A stretch of 64,000 nt of DNA, taken from positions 31,434,001-31,498,000 of the forward strand of contig OX597836.1 in NCBI GenBank assembly GCA_951406725.2, read 5' to 3'. The DNA is from Octopus vulgaris (taxonomy: Eukaryota). Positions 39,122 to 64,000 of this stretch are shown here, piece after piece. The notes under the pieces were generated by a model. The model saw only the letters and a program-made list of their open reading frames with translations. It ran no database searches and was not told the DNA's origin. The position numbers were made by a program, and so were the translations under genes. Positions within the stretch are counted from its first letter, which is position 1. Every line of letters begins with the position of its first letter.

Positions 39122-39351
39122 AATCCGCGACCTGTTCACTGACAAAAAATCCGTGCTGCACGGATTTTTGTCAGTGAACAGGTCGCGGATTCTAGCGACG
39201 AAAATATTTTGACAAATTAAACTTAAATGTTGAAGTGAATCGAACGGCTTTTGTGTGTTTCTTAAATGGCTTACAAACACCTTCCACGCTGCAATTGTTT
39301 TCGTTTCAGCACACGATCTCAGATCAAATCACTTGCTATGCGAGTACATCT

Positions 39352-39354
<3 letters not shown>
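39122..39354 (+). mobile_element. Penelope-like terminal fragment with 5' inverted duplication
   Basis: 39122-39156 is the reverse complement of 39158-39191 (one indel). The 3' part is homologous to two diverged tandem minus-strand copies at about 15635-15950; it ends in (TA)n. Confidence 0.6.
39167..39216 (+). ncRNA. Type-I hammerhead ribozyme, G3:C8 core variant
   Basis: Helix I TTTGTCA/TGACAAA, core GTGAACA plus G, helix II GTCGC(GGATTCTA)GCGAC, GAA, helix III AATATT palindrome, N17=U at 39209. Confidence 0.7.
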
Positions 39355-39400
<46 letters not shown>

Positions 39401-42400
39401 TACATACATATATATATATATCATCATCATCATCGTTTAACGTCCGTTCTCCATGCTAGCATGGGTTGGACGGTTCGACCAGGGATCAGTTATATATATA
39501 TAAGGAGAAGCATATTAAAAGGGATCTGTGAGAAAACTCATTTAAATAAAAGGGGTCCTTGGTAGATTTATGTGATTGATAATCCTGCTAGAAATAGCAG
39601 CCAAATCTTCCTCAACTGCATCCTAACCTCTTAAAAGAGAAAGCAGTGGTGGTGGGAACATATTGGATAATATAGTTTTAAGGCCTTGAATTCCTTTTGA
39701 TCAGGGATCTACTTAGTGAGAGCTGACATGAAAATAAACAACATAGAAACCTGTTCTGAAATATTTTGTTTTTTATCTTTCTATACAATTTTGTTACTCT
39801 CTGCACTCCTCATTTTCGAAAAAGGAGTGTATTATTGTTGTTGAACATGAAATAACTTTTTATTTTTCACAAAAGAAGTTTTAAAAAGAAACCTGATGTT
39901 CATTTAATTGCCTATGAGTGTCAGCCTGTGATTGGGTTCCTTCAAGGAGGAAGGTAGCTGCAGGAGATGGTCGTGGTGGTGTTGGTGGTGTTGGTGGGCA
40001 GTGCCTATAGCTTCTGTCAAAAACTATTTCAACTGACCCAGTTTTGTTTTCTTATCCACTTCATAAGAAAGTTATAAATTCCTGTCATTCTTCTTTTTAC
40101 TGATAGCAAAGAAGAAAACAAATCTATTTGTTGTTGTTGCTTTTGTTGCTGTTTAACCACAGGTCAGTTATGACCCAGCAGATTTATGATTAAAGATGTT
40201 CTAAACATAACCTATTTCTTTGCTACCCACAAGGGGCTAAGCTAAACACAGAGGAGACAAACAAGGACAGACAGACAGATTAAGTCGATTATATTGACCC
40301 AGTGTGTAACTGGTACTTATTTAATCGACTCCGAAAGGATGAAAGGCAAAGTCGACCTCGGCAGAATTTGAACTCAGAACGTAACAGCAGACGAAATACG
40401 TATTTCTTTATTACCCACAAGGGGACAAACAAGGACAGACAGACAGACGGATTAAGTTGATTATATTGACCCCAGTGTGTAACTGGTACTTATTTAATCG
40501 ACCCCGAAAGGATGAAAGGCAAAGTTGACCTCGGCAGAATTTGAACTCAGAACGTAGTGGCAGACGAAATACCGCAAAGCATTTCGCCCGGCGTGCTAAC
40601 GTTTCTGCCAGCTCGCCGCCTTAAACATGTTCTAAACATAACCATCCCATATTTCTGACTGAGGAAGACGTGAAGATTGGTCTCAGGAAGCTGAGGAAGG
40701 AGATTGCTGTATATGATGATGCATGAGATGGTTAGTTCACATAGGACTGGTTTCCTTGTTTCTCTGGCATATATAGTCCTTCCTGGATGGGGTGCCAGTC
40801 TCTCACAAGATTACTCTTTTTTACCAGCTGAGTGGACTGGAACAATGTGAAATGAGTTCCTATTTTCTTTTTGTTTTTGCTAAAAAACACACGACACATT
40901 GCCCAACCCAGGAATTGAAACCGCACTCTTATGATCTAATCACTAAGCCATGTGCCTCCATGCATTAGATGCATTTCTTTTGTTCTTAAATATAGGCATA
41001 GGAGTGGCTGTGTGGTAAGTAGCTTGCTTATGAACCACATGGTTCCGGGTTCAGTCCCACTGTGTAGCATCTTGGGCAAGTGTCTTCTACTATAGCCTCA
41101 GGCTGACCAAAGCCTTGTGAGTGGGTTTGGTAGATGGAAACTGAAAGAAGTCCGTCGTATATGTATATATGTGCATATGTGTGTGTTTGTGTGTCTGTTT
41201 GTCCCCACCAACATCGCTTGACAACCGTTGTTTTTGCATTTTATATAAAATGAGTCTGTCTTCTTCAGTGTAGAAACAACAGGAGAATATATCTGGAAAG
41301 GGTTAAAATAAGGAAATTAAAAAAAAAAAAATCCTTGAAATGTCACATAGCACTATTACCAAGTTTTTGACAGAAATGTTCTATTCATGAACCAATATGG
41401 GAGTTCCTATGTTATCACTTGACCTACTAGAAGAAGTCTTTAAAAGCTTTTACAAGACAAACTATCCGATTTACCAATCTATCAGCCCACTGTATTTGTA
41501 CTAGATAGATGACAGGTTCACTCTCTCCAACAATATATTGTAAAGTAGAAAAGGTAGAATTGATTATCTTTGTTAAAAAGTAAACTTGAATTTCTTGCTT
41601 TTTTATTTATCTTATCTTTATTTATTATTTTTTTGTTACAACTTTGCTATTGTGCAATAAATACTGAATACCAAATATATTTGCTTCAACTTTGTTTAAG
41701 CAAATATTACAGAGCTGCTGTAACCTTCTTTCAAAGACTAAGCTTGTTTTAAAAATTGCTCCTTTTAAATTATTATTAATAATCACCATTTTATACATAT
41801 ACATGTATATAAGGCGCAATGGCCCAGTGGTTAGGGCAGCGGACTCGCGGTCGCAGGATCGCGGTTTCGATTCCCAGACCGGGCGTTGTGAGTGTTTATT
41901 GAGTGAAAACACCTAAAAGCTCCACGAGGCTCCGGCAGGGGGTGGTGATCCCTGCTGTACTCTTTCACCACTCTTTCTTCTGTTGGCCTGCATCATTTGA
42001 AGGCTAAAACAATGCAAACGCATTGTGACCAGCGATGTGTAACAACATCTGATGGTCTGGTCGGTCCTGTGATCCCGTGACATGTATATTACGGGCTTCT
42101 TTCAGTTTCCGTCTACCAAATCCACTCACAAGGCTTTGGTCGGTCCAAGGCTATAGTAGAAATCACTTGCCCAAGGTGCCACACAATGGGACTGAACCTG
42201 GAACCATGTGGTTGGTAAGCAAGCTACTTTAGGCGCAGGTGTGGCTGTGTGAAAAATAAAATAAGTACCAGTTGAGCACTGGGGTTTGAGGTAATCAAAT
42301 TTACACACTGACTCTAACTTGCTGGCCTTGTGCCAAAATCTGAAACCAATATAAAGGTACCGCCTTATCACAAACTGCATCAGGCTAATTCCAAACGATC

Positions 42401-44869
42401 ATGTTAAAGGTATACTTGTCCATAAATGTTCATGGAGTATTCATCATATACTAATTCAGATGAATGGGTAAGTCAGTTGATCAGACAACTGAAAATTCAT
42501 AATGAAACTATCAGAGATCAATTTATTTATCTTTATGCCAACATGGTGTGTGAGCCAGTACGTTCAAACAGGAATGTCCATTTTGTTTTCCATATCTTTG
42601 GTGAACAATAAAATACATACCAGACTATTGTGGTCTATGTAATTGACTAAAACTATTCAAGGTGATGCCTCAACATGGCCACAATCCAATGACTAAAAAC
42701 CAGTAAAACAAGTGTTTATTAGATATACATGCTAAGTAGAAAGCTCTGTACTGAAAATAATGGCCAAATTTCCTGTAAATCAGGGATCCCCAATCAACAG
42801 GCTACAAACCAGTACCTAGCCCTGTATCATTTGACACCAGGTTGCACAAGAAGAATAAATTTTTAAATTCTGTTCCTATTTTATTGACTATTGCAATCCG
42901 CAGAGTGTTATTACATTATAAATGCCATGAATATATGTAATTTATATGTATTATGTATTATGTTGTATTTTGTTATGCACCTGGTTGCCCCAGTCCATAG
43001 AAAAATTGTCTGGCATCAAACCAGTCCATGGTGCAAAACACGTTCATGGGTTGCTGCATTAATACACATCTTACTATCTTAAAAAAAATTTTTTTTTAAT
43101 GGAAAAACATATTTATGGTCTCTGATGCACTGAAAACAACGAGTTGTTCATAGCTTAAATGTCTTTTGACAATCTGAGGAATTTCAACCGTGTTTCGTGG
43201 TCTGCTACCACAACAGCTCCTTTATAGGATCCAGTTAGCTCAAGACATCATCAGGAGGAACCACGTCCGGTTTCAGCCCCTACTCCTCTACCGTTTTGAT
43301 GTAGCGGGTCCCCATCTTTCGAAGGTGTCTTCAGCTCTGGTGTTGGGTGCATGTCTTCTTTCTTCTGTTCCCTGACCTCTTCGATGTAGCGTCAATGAGT
43401 GACCTGTCAAAATTTTAGAGCTGAGTTTTGGCTGAAGACCCATCAAGCCAAGTGAAATCATAGTTGTGGCAGATGCTGATGCCATGCAACTGGTACCTGT
43501 GCCGGTAGCACGCAAAAGCACCCATTACACTCTCAGAGTGTTTGGTGTTAGGAAAAACTGGAGAAACCATGCCAAATCAGACTGGAATCTGGTGCAACCC
43601 CTCAGCTTACCAGCCCTGGTCAAACTCTCCAACCCATGTAGCATAGACAACGGAATTTACATGATGATGATGATGATTATGAATAATACCACTATTACTC
43701 TTTAGGATAGAAAGCAATTCCTAGGTAGTGAGTTAGCAGTGTAGTTAAAAAAGCTCAACTTGTGGCATTCACTTTGGCTCTCTGCATTCTGAACTCAAAT
43801 CTTACTGAAGTCAGCTTTGCTTTTCATCTATCTTTATTTGATAAAATGCTGTATTCTCTGGCATAGAAGCTGAATTTTTCAGACTAAGCTGAAAGGTAGG
43901 GCGATTTATACACCAAGCTGACTGTGGAGGACCTAAAATTCCAAAATGCAGCAAAATTTGGAAAGACTGTGACTCACTAGTGTAGCTAGAGTGTGTGCCA
44001 GATATAAAAGAAGAAGTGAAAATAGGAAAAGAGAGAAAGAGAAAGAAAGAGTGAGAATGAGAAAGAAAGAGAATTGTTATGATATTGGTTAAAAAGGAAA
44101 GTTTACCAACTTTGATTTCTGCATTATTGCTGCACACATTTGGACAACAGCAGTTGCAACTATAAAACACTGACACATAAGTGTGCATATATGTTAGATG
44201 TGTGTGCCTCTGTGTGTGTGTATTTGTGTGTGTGTGTACACACACACATTATGGAGGTGCAATGGCCCAGTGGTTAGAGCAGTGGACTCGCGGTCTTAGG
44301 ATCGTGGTTTCAATTCCCAGACCAAGCGTTGTGAGTGTTTATTGAATGAAAACACCTAAAGCTCCACGAGGCTCCAGCAGGGGGTGGTGGTGAACCCTGC
44401 TGTACTCTTTCACCACAACTTTCTCTCACTCTATCTTCCTGTTTCTGTTGTACCTGTATTTCAAAGGGCCAGCCTTGTCATTACATTAAGGGTACACGTG
44501 TCTACACATTAATTTCACAAGTAGGCTGTTCCATTGATCAGATCAACTGGAACACTCGTTGTTGTAACCGACAGAGTGCCAACAAATGTGTGTGTTCATA
44601 CATGTGTGTGTGTGTGTGTGAATATGATTGAAGTAGTAAGGTGATGAGCTGTATGAATCATTACTCTTCTGGACAAAAAGCCTAGTACCATTTTTTGCAT
44701 TCTGTGTTCAAATGGTGTCAGGGTTGACTTTACCTTTCATCATCTCAGGGTCAATAAAGTAAGTACCAACTGAGCACTGGGGCTGAATTAATCAATTTAA
44801 CCCCTCCCTCTAAATTGCTGCCCTTGTGCCAAAATTTGAAACCAATATCATTAAAATAGGCGGTGGTGT

Positions 44870-45960
44870 ATTCCATCCATCCATCCAGCTGCCCATCTTC
44901 TCTACTGCTATTCTTGGGAGGGCCATGGTGGTAGAGTCCTCAGGTACCTCCCCCATAGGGTCCTATAAGAAGCATCTGTCTTTAAATTTTTCAGCTGAAT
45001 TCCCTAGTATGACTAACTGAGACTATGGATATTATCCAGCCATCTCATTCTTGGCCTACCCCTAGGTTCTCTTACCTGTACTCAGCTTGAAGAATCAGTC
45101 TTGGAATTCTTTTCTGCAACATTCTAATTACATGTCCATAGTAACAGAGCTGTGACCTCTCAATGCAGAGAAATAGCAATTCAGCCTGGATGAGAATTAG
45201 AGTTGCAAAGACCGAAACATCGGTTCTTCCCAGTGCATTCTTCACATTAGTGGAGAAACATCCTTGAGACAAGCTCCAGCATTCAGTTCTCAAAAAAAGA
45301 GAAGTAAGAAGACCAAACTTGCTGTCTTGGTCTGCATTCCTATACAAACAGGGCTTTGACCTCTTGATGCAGTGAAGTAGTAGTTCATCCTGGATGAGAA
45401 TTAGGGTTGCAAAGATTGAGACATTGGTTCTTCCCAGTGCATACTGCACATTAGTGGAGAAACATCCTTGAGACAAGTGCAGATGTTTAAGTATCTCGGG
45501 TCTGTATATTTCATAAGTGATGGGAAGCAAGAAGCTGAGTTGATTGCTAGAATTGTCATGGATGCTAGGACAGTAATGTGCTAGCTCCAGCATTCAGTTC
45601 TCAAAAAAAGAGAAGTAAGAAAGCCAAACTTGCTGTCTTGGTCTGCATTCCTATACAAACAGGGCTTTGACCCCTCGATGCAGTGAAGTAGTAGTTCATC
45701 CTGGATGAGAATTAGGGTTGCAAAGATTGAGACATTGGTTCTCTCAAGAACATCTTCCCAGTGCATTCTGCACATTATTGAAAGAGCATCATTTATGTCA
45801 TGAGTGATGGGAAGCAGAAGGCTCAATTGAGTTCTAGAATTGTCACAGTAATGTGTTACCTCCAGCATTCGATCCTCGAAAGAGGAGAGGTTGGTAAGGA
45901 AACCAAACTTGTTGTTTTGGTCTGCATTCCTATCTTCATCTATTTTCTTGAATGTTGAAC
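44870..45960 (-). mobile_element. Decayed RTE-like LINE ORF2 C-terminus with local tandem duplications
   Basis: LLFLCIERSQLCYYGHVIRMLQKRIPRLILQA resembles the RTE 'LRWFGHVxRM' motif. The LLLHCIE/KRS segment is repeated three times. Confidence 0.6.
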
Positions 45961-46947
45961 GATGACTGAAATGGTACAATTGTGAATACGAGCAGATGAA
46001 ATGGTTAAGCACTGAATGATGTACTGTAAAAAAATTCTCAAAAGTTCAAGTTATAAGGATAGAAGATAAATCTCTACTGCTGTCTGGTATGCGATCATTC
46101 TCAATATATATTTCTTTACTACCCACAAGGGGCTAAACACAGAGGAGACAAACGGATTAAGTCTATTACATCGACCCCAGTGCGTAACTGGTACTTAATT
46201 TATCGACCCCGGAAGGATGAAAGGCAAAGTCGACTTCGGCGGAATTTGAACTCAGAACGTAACGGCAGACGAAATACGGCAACGCATTTCGCCCCGCGTG
46301 CTAACGTTTCTGCCAGCTCGCGATCATTCTCAATATGCAGGAAAGGAGTAAGCAGGAGTTCCCTGTGGGTACACAAATAAGTTTAGAGGAAAACTGGGTA
46401 TAAGAGGTATAAGAGAAAGAGAGCTTGCCTGAACAAGTTTTGCCAGAATAGACTCTGTTTAACATTATTGTCTGGTGCTTGGGTTGGTTAAGCAGAATGA
46501 TGGATTTGGTTTATCCTCCAAGAACAGGAACACAATATTTGACAGACTTCTACACAGTTTCTGTTGACCAAATTTCAGGCAACACTTGTCCAAGATGCTG
46601 TATGGTGGGAGTGAAAATGAAACAATGTTGCAAAGTGAATTACTTAACCACAGAGTCATGCCTGACGACCATGTGATATAGCAACCTACTTTATAACTTC
46701 CTCACATTTAACTTACAAACTATTCACTATCCTTCACACACCCTTATTACCATTTCTGCCTGTATTCTCCTCTTATACTTCTGTGAAGCTTCATATGTTA
46801 AAACATGGTATTGTTACATTTCTAAAGTTCTACATTCTTGAAATTCTTCAGTCACACATCTAATATACAAATAGTATGTTAGATGTGTGACTGAGCACAA
46901 ATAGTCTGTTATTAGATAGCTATACTGTATGTAATTATGTATGATAT

Positions 46948-47393
46948 ACTCTTTACTCTTTTACTCTTTTACTTGTTTCAGTCATTTGACTGCGGCCATG
47001 CTGGAGCACTGCCTTTAGTCAAGCAAATCGACCCCAGGACTTATTCTTTGTAAGCCTAGTACTTATTGTATCGGTCTCTTTTTCCGAACTGTTAAGTTAT
47101 GGGGACATAAACACACCAGCATTGGTTGTCAAGTGATGTTGTGGGGGACAAACACAGACACACAAACACACACATATGCACATATATACATATACATGAC
47201 AGGCTTCTTTCAGTTTCTGTCTACTAAATCCACTCACAAGGTTTTGGTTGGCCCGAGGCTATAGTAGAAGGCACTTGCCCGAGGTGCCAGGCAGTGGGAC
47301 TGAACCTGGAACCATGTGGTTGGTAAGCAAGCTACTTACCAACCATGTGATTGGTAAGCAAGCTACTTACCATACAGCCACTCCTGCGCCTAT
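46948..47393 (-). mobile_element. SINE family A
   Basis: Full length, with a small internal duplication near the head. Confidence 0.85.
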
Positions 47394-47539
47394 GGATATA
47401 ATTTTAGATAACCATAATGTATATCATTTTTGTGTTGCATAATCATACTATGTATAAGCTTATATCATCAAATTGTATATTTTTGTCTATGATTCCACTA
47501 TCACTATAATATATATATAATATGATAATAATGAACATA

Positions 47540-48400
47540 GTGTATACAGTGATCAGGTGCACTACAGCTCATCAGAAAAAGTAACCAAAACTGCATGAAC
47601 AGGATATAGAATATGCACAAGAAGTGAACAGTGAATAAGTCTTTTTATTTATTTATGCGCCCTTTTCAAGCCTAGCGAGGCTCACGAGCCCGGTTTCCCA
47701 GTTTCTGTGGCGTATGTGTTCCCCCCCAGCTGGACGGGATGCCAGTCCATCGCAGCGTTACTCAAGAAACAGGAAGAAAAAGTGAGAGAAAGTTGGGACC
47801 AAAGAGTACAACAGGGGTCGCAACCACTCCCTGCCGGAGCCTCATGGAGCTTTAGGTGTTTTCACTTAATAAACACTCTCAACGCCCGGTCTGGGAATTG
47901 AAACCGCAATCCTACGACCGCGAGTCTGCTGCCCTAACCACTGGGCCATTGCGCCTCGAATAAGTCTTTAAAAGATAAAAATTTAAAAAAAGAAAAGGAA
48001 TGGGGGTGGGGTGCATCAAGCGTACTGTTGGTGAATTTCAGGAATCATGGAAGTTTTGAAGGATGTTGTGTCGTGACAGCTAACAACTAATGCAGGTAGT
48101 TTGTTTATTCCATGCTTTCTGAGCATGTAATAATGTTTCTGAGAATCCTGAGTACTGTGTAGTTTTTTGATTTTGTGAGTATGTCTCTGAGTGTTAGACA
48201 GGGAATTCAAAAAAGTGCCCTAGTTTGTCGTTAGTAAGATGGTGGATAATCTTATGGGTGTCTGCGAAGTCAGTTGCCAGATGTCAGAGCTTTAATGTGT
48301 CCATGCCCAGGGAAACAAAATGTCCAGAGTATCGTAGATGTCAGGCAGTAGGTATTCTCCTGGTTGCATATTTGTTAGTACTTAGATGGATGACTGCTTG
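47540..48400 (-). mobile_element. CR1/L2-type LINE 3' fragment interrupted by a SINE
   Basis: Homologous to 6840-7140; ORF 48016-48210 reads ...NKLPALVVSCHDTTSFKTSMIPEIHQQYA. Confidence 0.7.
47645..47957 (-). mobile_element. SINE family C with 12-bp target-site duplication
   Basis: TSD GAATAAGTCTTT at 47633-47644 and 47958-47969. Confidence 0.85.
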
Positions 48401-48967
48401 GGAAACCTAGGTGCTGTACATCTCACACTTTTTACTAGCAATGCTCCAGTATGGCCACAGCAATAGGCCTGAAACATAAAAGATAAAAGAATATATATAT
48501 ATAGAATAAAAGAATACACACACACACACACACACACACGTACATATAGTTGTCTAATAATTCAGAAGTCAGAAAAAATAGGCACTTGTATATTTGTCAA
48601 TAGAATGAGTACAATAATCAAAGCATGAAGTATTACAGATCCATTACAGTCAATCTTATCAGCTGCTTTTATACCAGATACTAGAGTAGCTATCTAGTAC
48701 ACACAACACTTACTCACCTCCAACGATAGAGAACAATCACTATATTGTTTTTCAAACCAGCCATCCCTGAAGAGCATATATATTAGACCACCACCTTGTT
48801 ATCTAATATCCTGTGTATACTTCGATAATGACGTATATATATATATATACACATATATATGTATTCTCCACTCCTACTATGTTTGCTACACATTTTGATT
48901 GAATCTTCCATGTGTCAACATGTACCTCCTTGTGACAATGTAAATTTTCATTTAATCAAGATATCCT

Positions 48968-49052
48968 TGGCCTGAAGAATAGCCTGCAGTATACACCTCG
49001 CTCGGATATTTACCACTTCCGAGGTTCCGCTCCCTATGAAACATATGTAGAC
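48968..49052 (+). ncRNA. Type-I hammerhead motif with extended helix II
   Basis: GGC-CTGAAGA-ATAG...(CTCGGA/TCCGAG inner stem)...CTAT-GAA-ACATATGT-A-GAC. Core is intact and helix III palindromic; helix I has one mismatch. Confidence 0.6.
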
Positions 49053-50128
49053 TGGATCTTACCTACTCCATTCCTTAACTCTTGTATGTGTGTTTGTATA
49101 TACATATATATATATTATCATCATCATCATCATTTAATGTCTATTGTCCATGGTGGCATGGCTTGGACGGTTTGACCGGGCTGGCAAGTTGGAGGGCTGC
49201 ACCTGATTTGGCATGGTTTCTAAGGCTGGATGCCTTTCCTAATGCCAACCACTCCGAGAGTGTAATAAATATAAAATCTTACATGACCAAACTACAGACA
49301 GTTATGTATTATATGGCCCTACCTCATGCAATTATATATGGCCAATGAACTACCATACATTAAACATACACTCTCTTATATACACCCATACTCTATGCCT
49401 GTGGATCTCAACTATTTTTTGCCTATGGACCCCTTTGATTCCTTTTATTACCCCACTGGACTTCTATACCCATTCGATATGTATATATACATATATATAT
49501 ATATATTTCTTTATTGCCCACAAGGAGCTAAACATAGAGGGGACAAATAAGGACAGACGAACGGATTAAGTCGATTACATTGACCCCAGTGCGTAACTGG
49601 TACTTAATTTATCGACCACGAAAGGATGAAAGGCAAAGTTGACCTCAGCGGAATTTGAACTCAGAACGTAACGGCAGACGAAATATGGCTATGCATTTCG
49701 CCCGGCATGCTAACGTTTCTGCCAGCTCGCCGCCTTTGTACATATACATATATATATATATATATATATACATACATACATACATACATATAAATTTTGT
49801 AATTAAATATTATTAGGAATTGTATAAAAATGTTGAAATATTCTGTGTGTTGTAGAAATACAAGCAATTTATTGCTGATAAATTTTAACAACAAAATCTC
49901 ATCTAGACCCTCAAGGGCCATATGGACTCTGGTTGGGAATCCACTGTACTATGCAGTCATACATTAGGGCCATACCTAAACAATCAGATTTAAGGATTCT
50001 GCTGCACACAATCCTATGTATTATAACCACACTGTTGGCAATCTCTAAACATAACCACTGTCTTCTTCATGTTTTTCAGATGGGTTTCACTTGACTTACA
50101 CAGTTTCTGACTGAACAGCTGATTGATA

Positions 50129-63900
<13,772 letters not shown>

Positions 63901-63944
63901 GTCAGTATTTTATATATATTTATGAATAAGATGTGTATGTGTGT

Positions 63945-63986
<42 letters not shown>

Positions 63987-64000
63987 CAATCTGGTTTAAC

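Noticed and set aside
41812-41885. tRNA-like sequences at SINE heads (also 14695, 16867, 44252, 56211)
   Set aside because: A/B boxes are present, but there is no complete acceptor stem and each continues into a SINE body.

Overview
AT-rich, repeat-saturated eukaryotic DNA. The SINE, LINE and microsatellite landscape is typical of an Octopus genome (inferred, not checked). One protein-coding gene is supported: seven spliced + strand exons (50129-63900, continuing past the window end) encoding an N-terminally membrane-anchored Lemur/AATYK (LMTK) family kinase. All splice phases are compatible, but the invariant beta-3 catalytic lysine is replaced by glutamine. The rest of the window is tRNA-derived SINEs, RTE and CR1/L2 LINE 3' ends, hAT, mariner and piggyBac MITEs, a non-autonomous Helitron, tandem repeats and microsatellites. 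The ORF track does not show the most notable layer: about ten type-I hammerhead ribozyme motifs with palindromic helix III, sitting in Penelope-like element ends and fold-back palindromes. They include one fully canonical copy (59682-59732, -), a natural G3:C8 core-swap variant (39167-39216, +) and several copies with greatly extended helix II. Nearly all long ORFs in the track are artefacts of simple repeats or SINEs. Repeat boundaries without a stated TSD are approximate.
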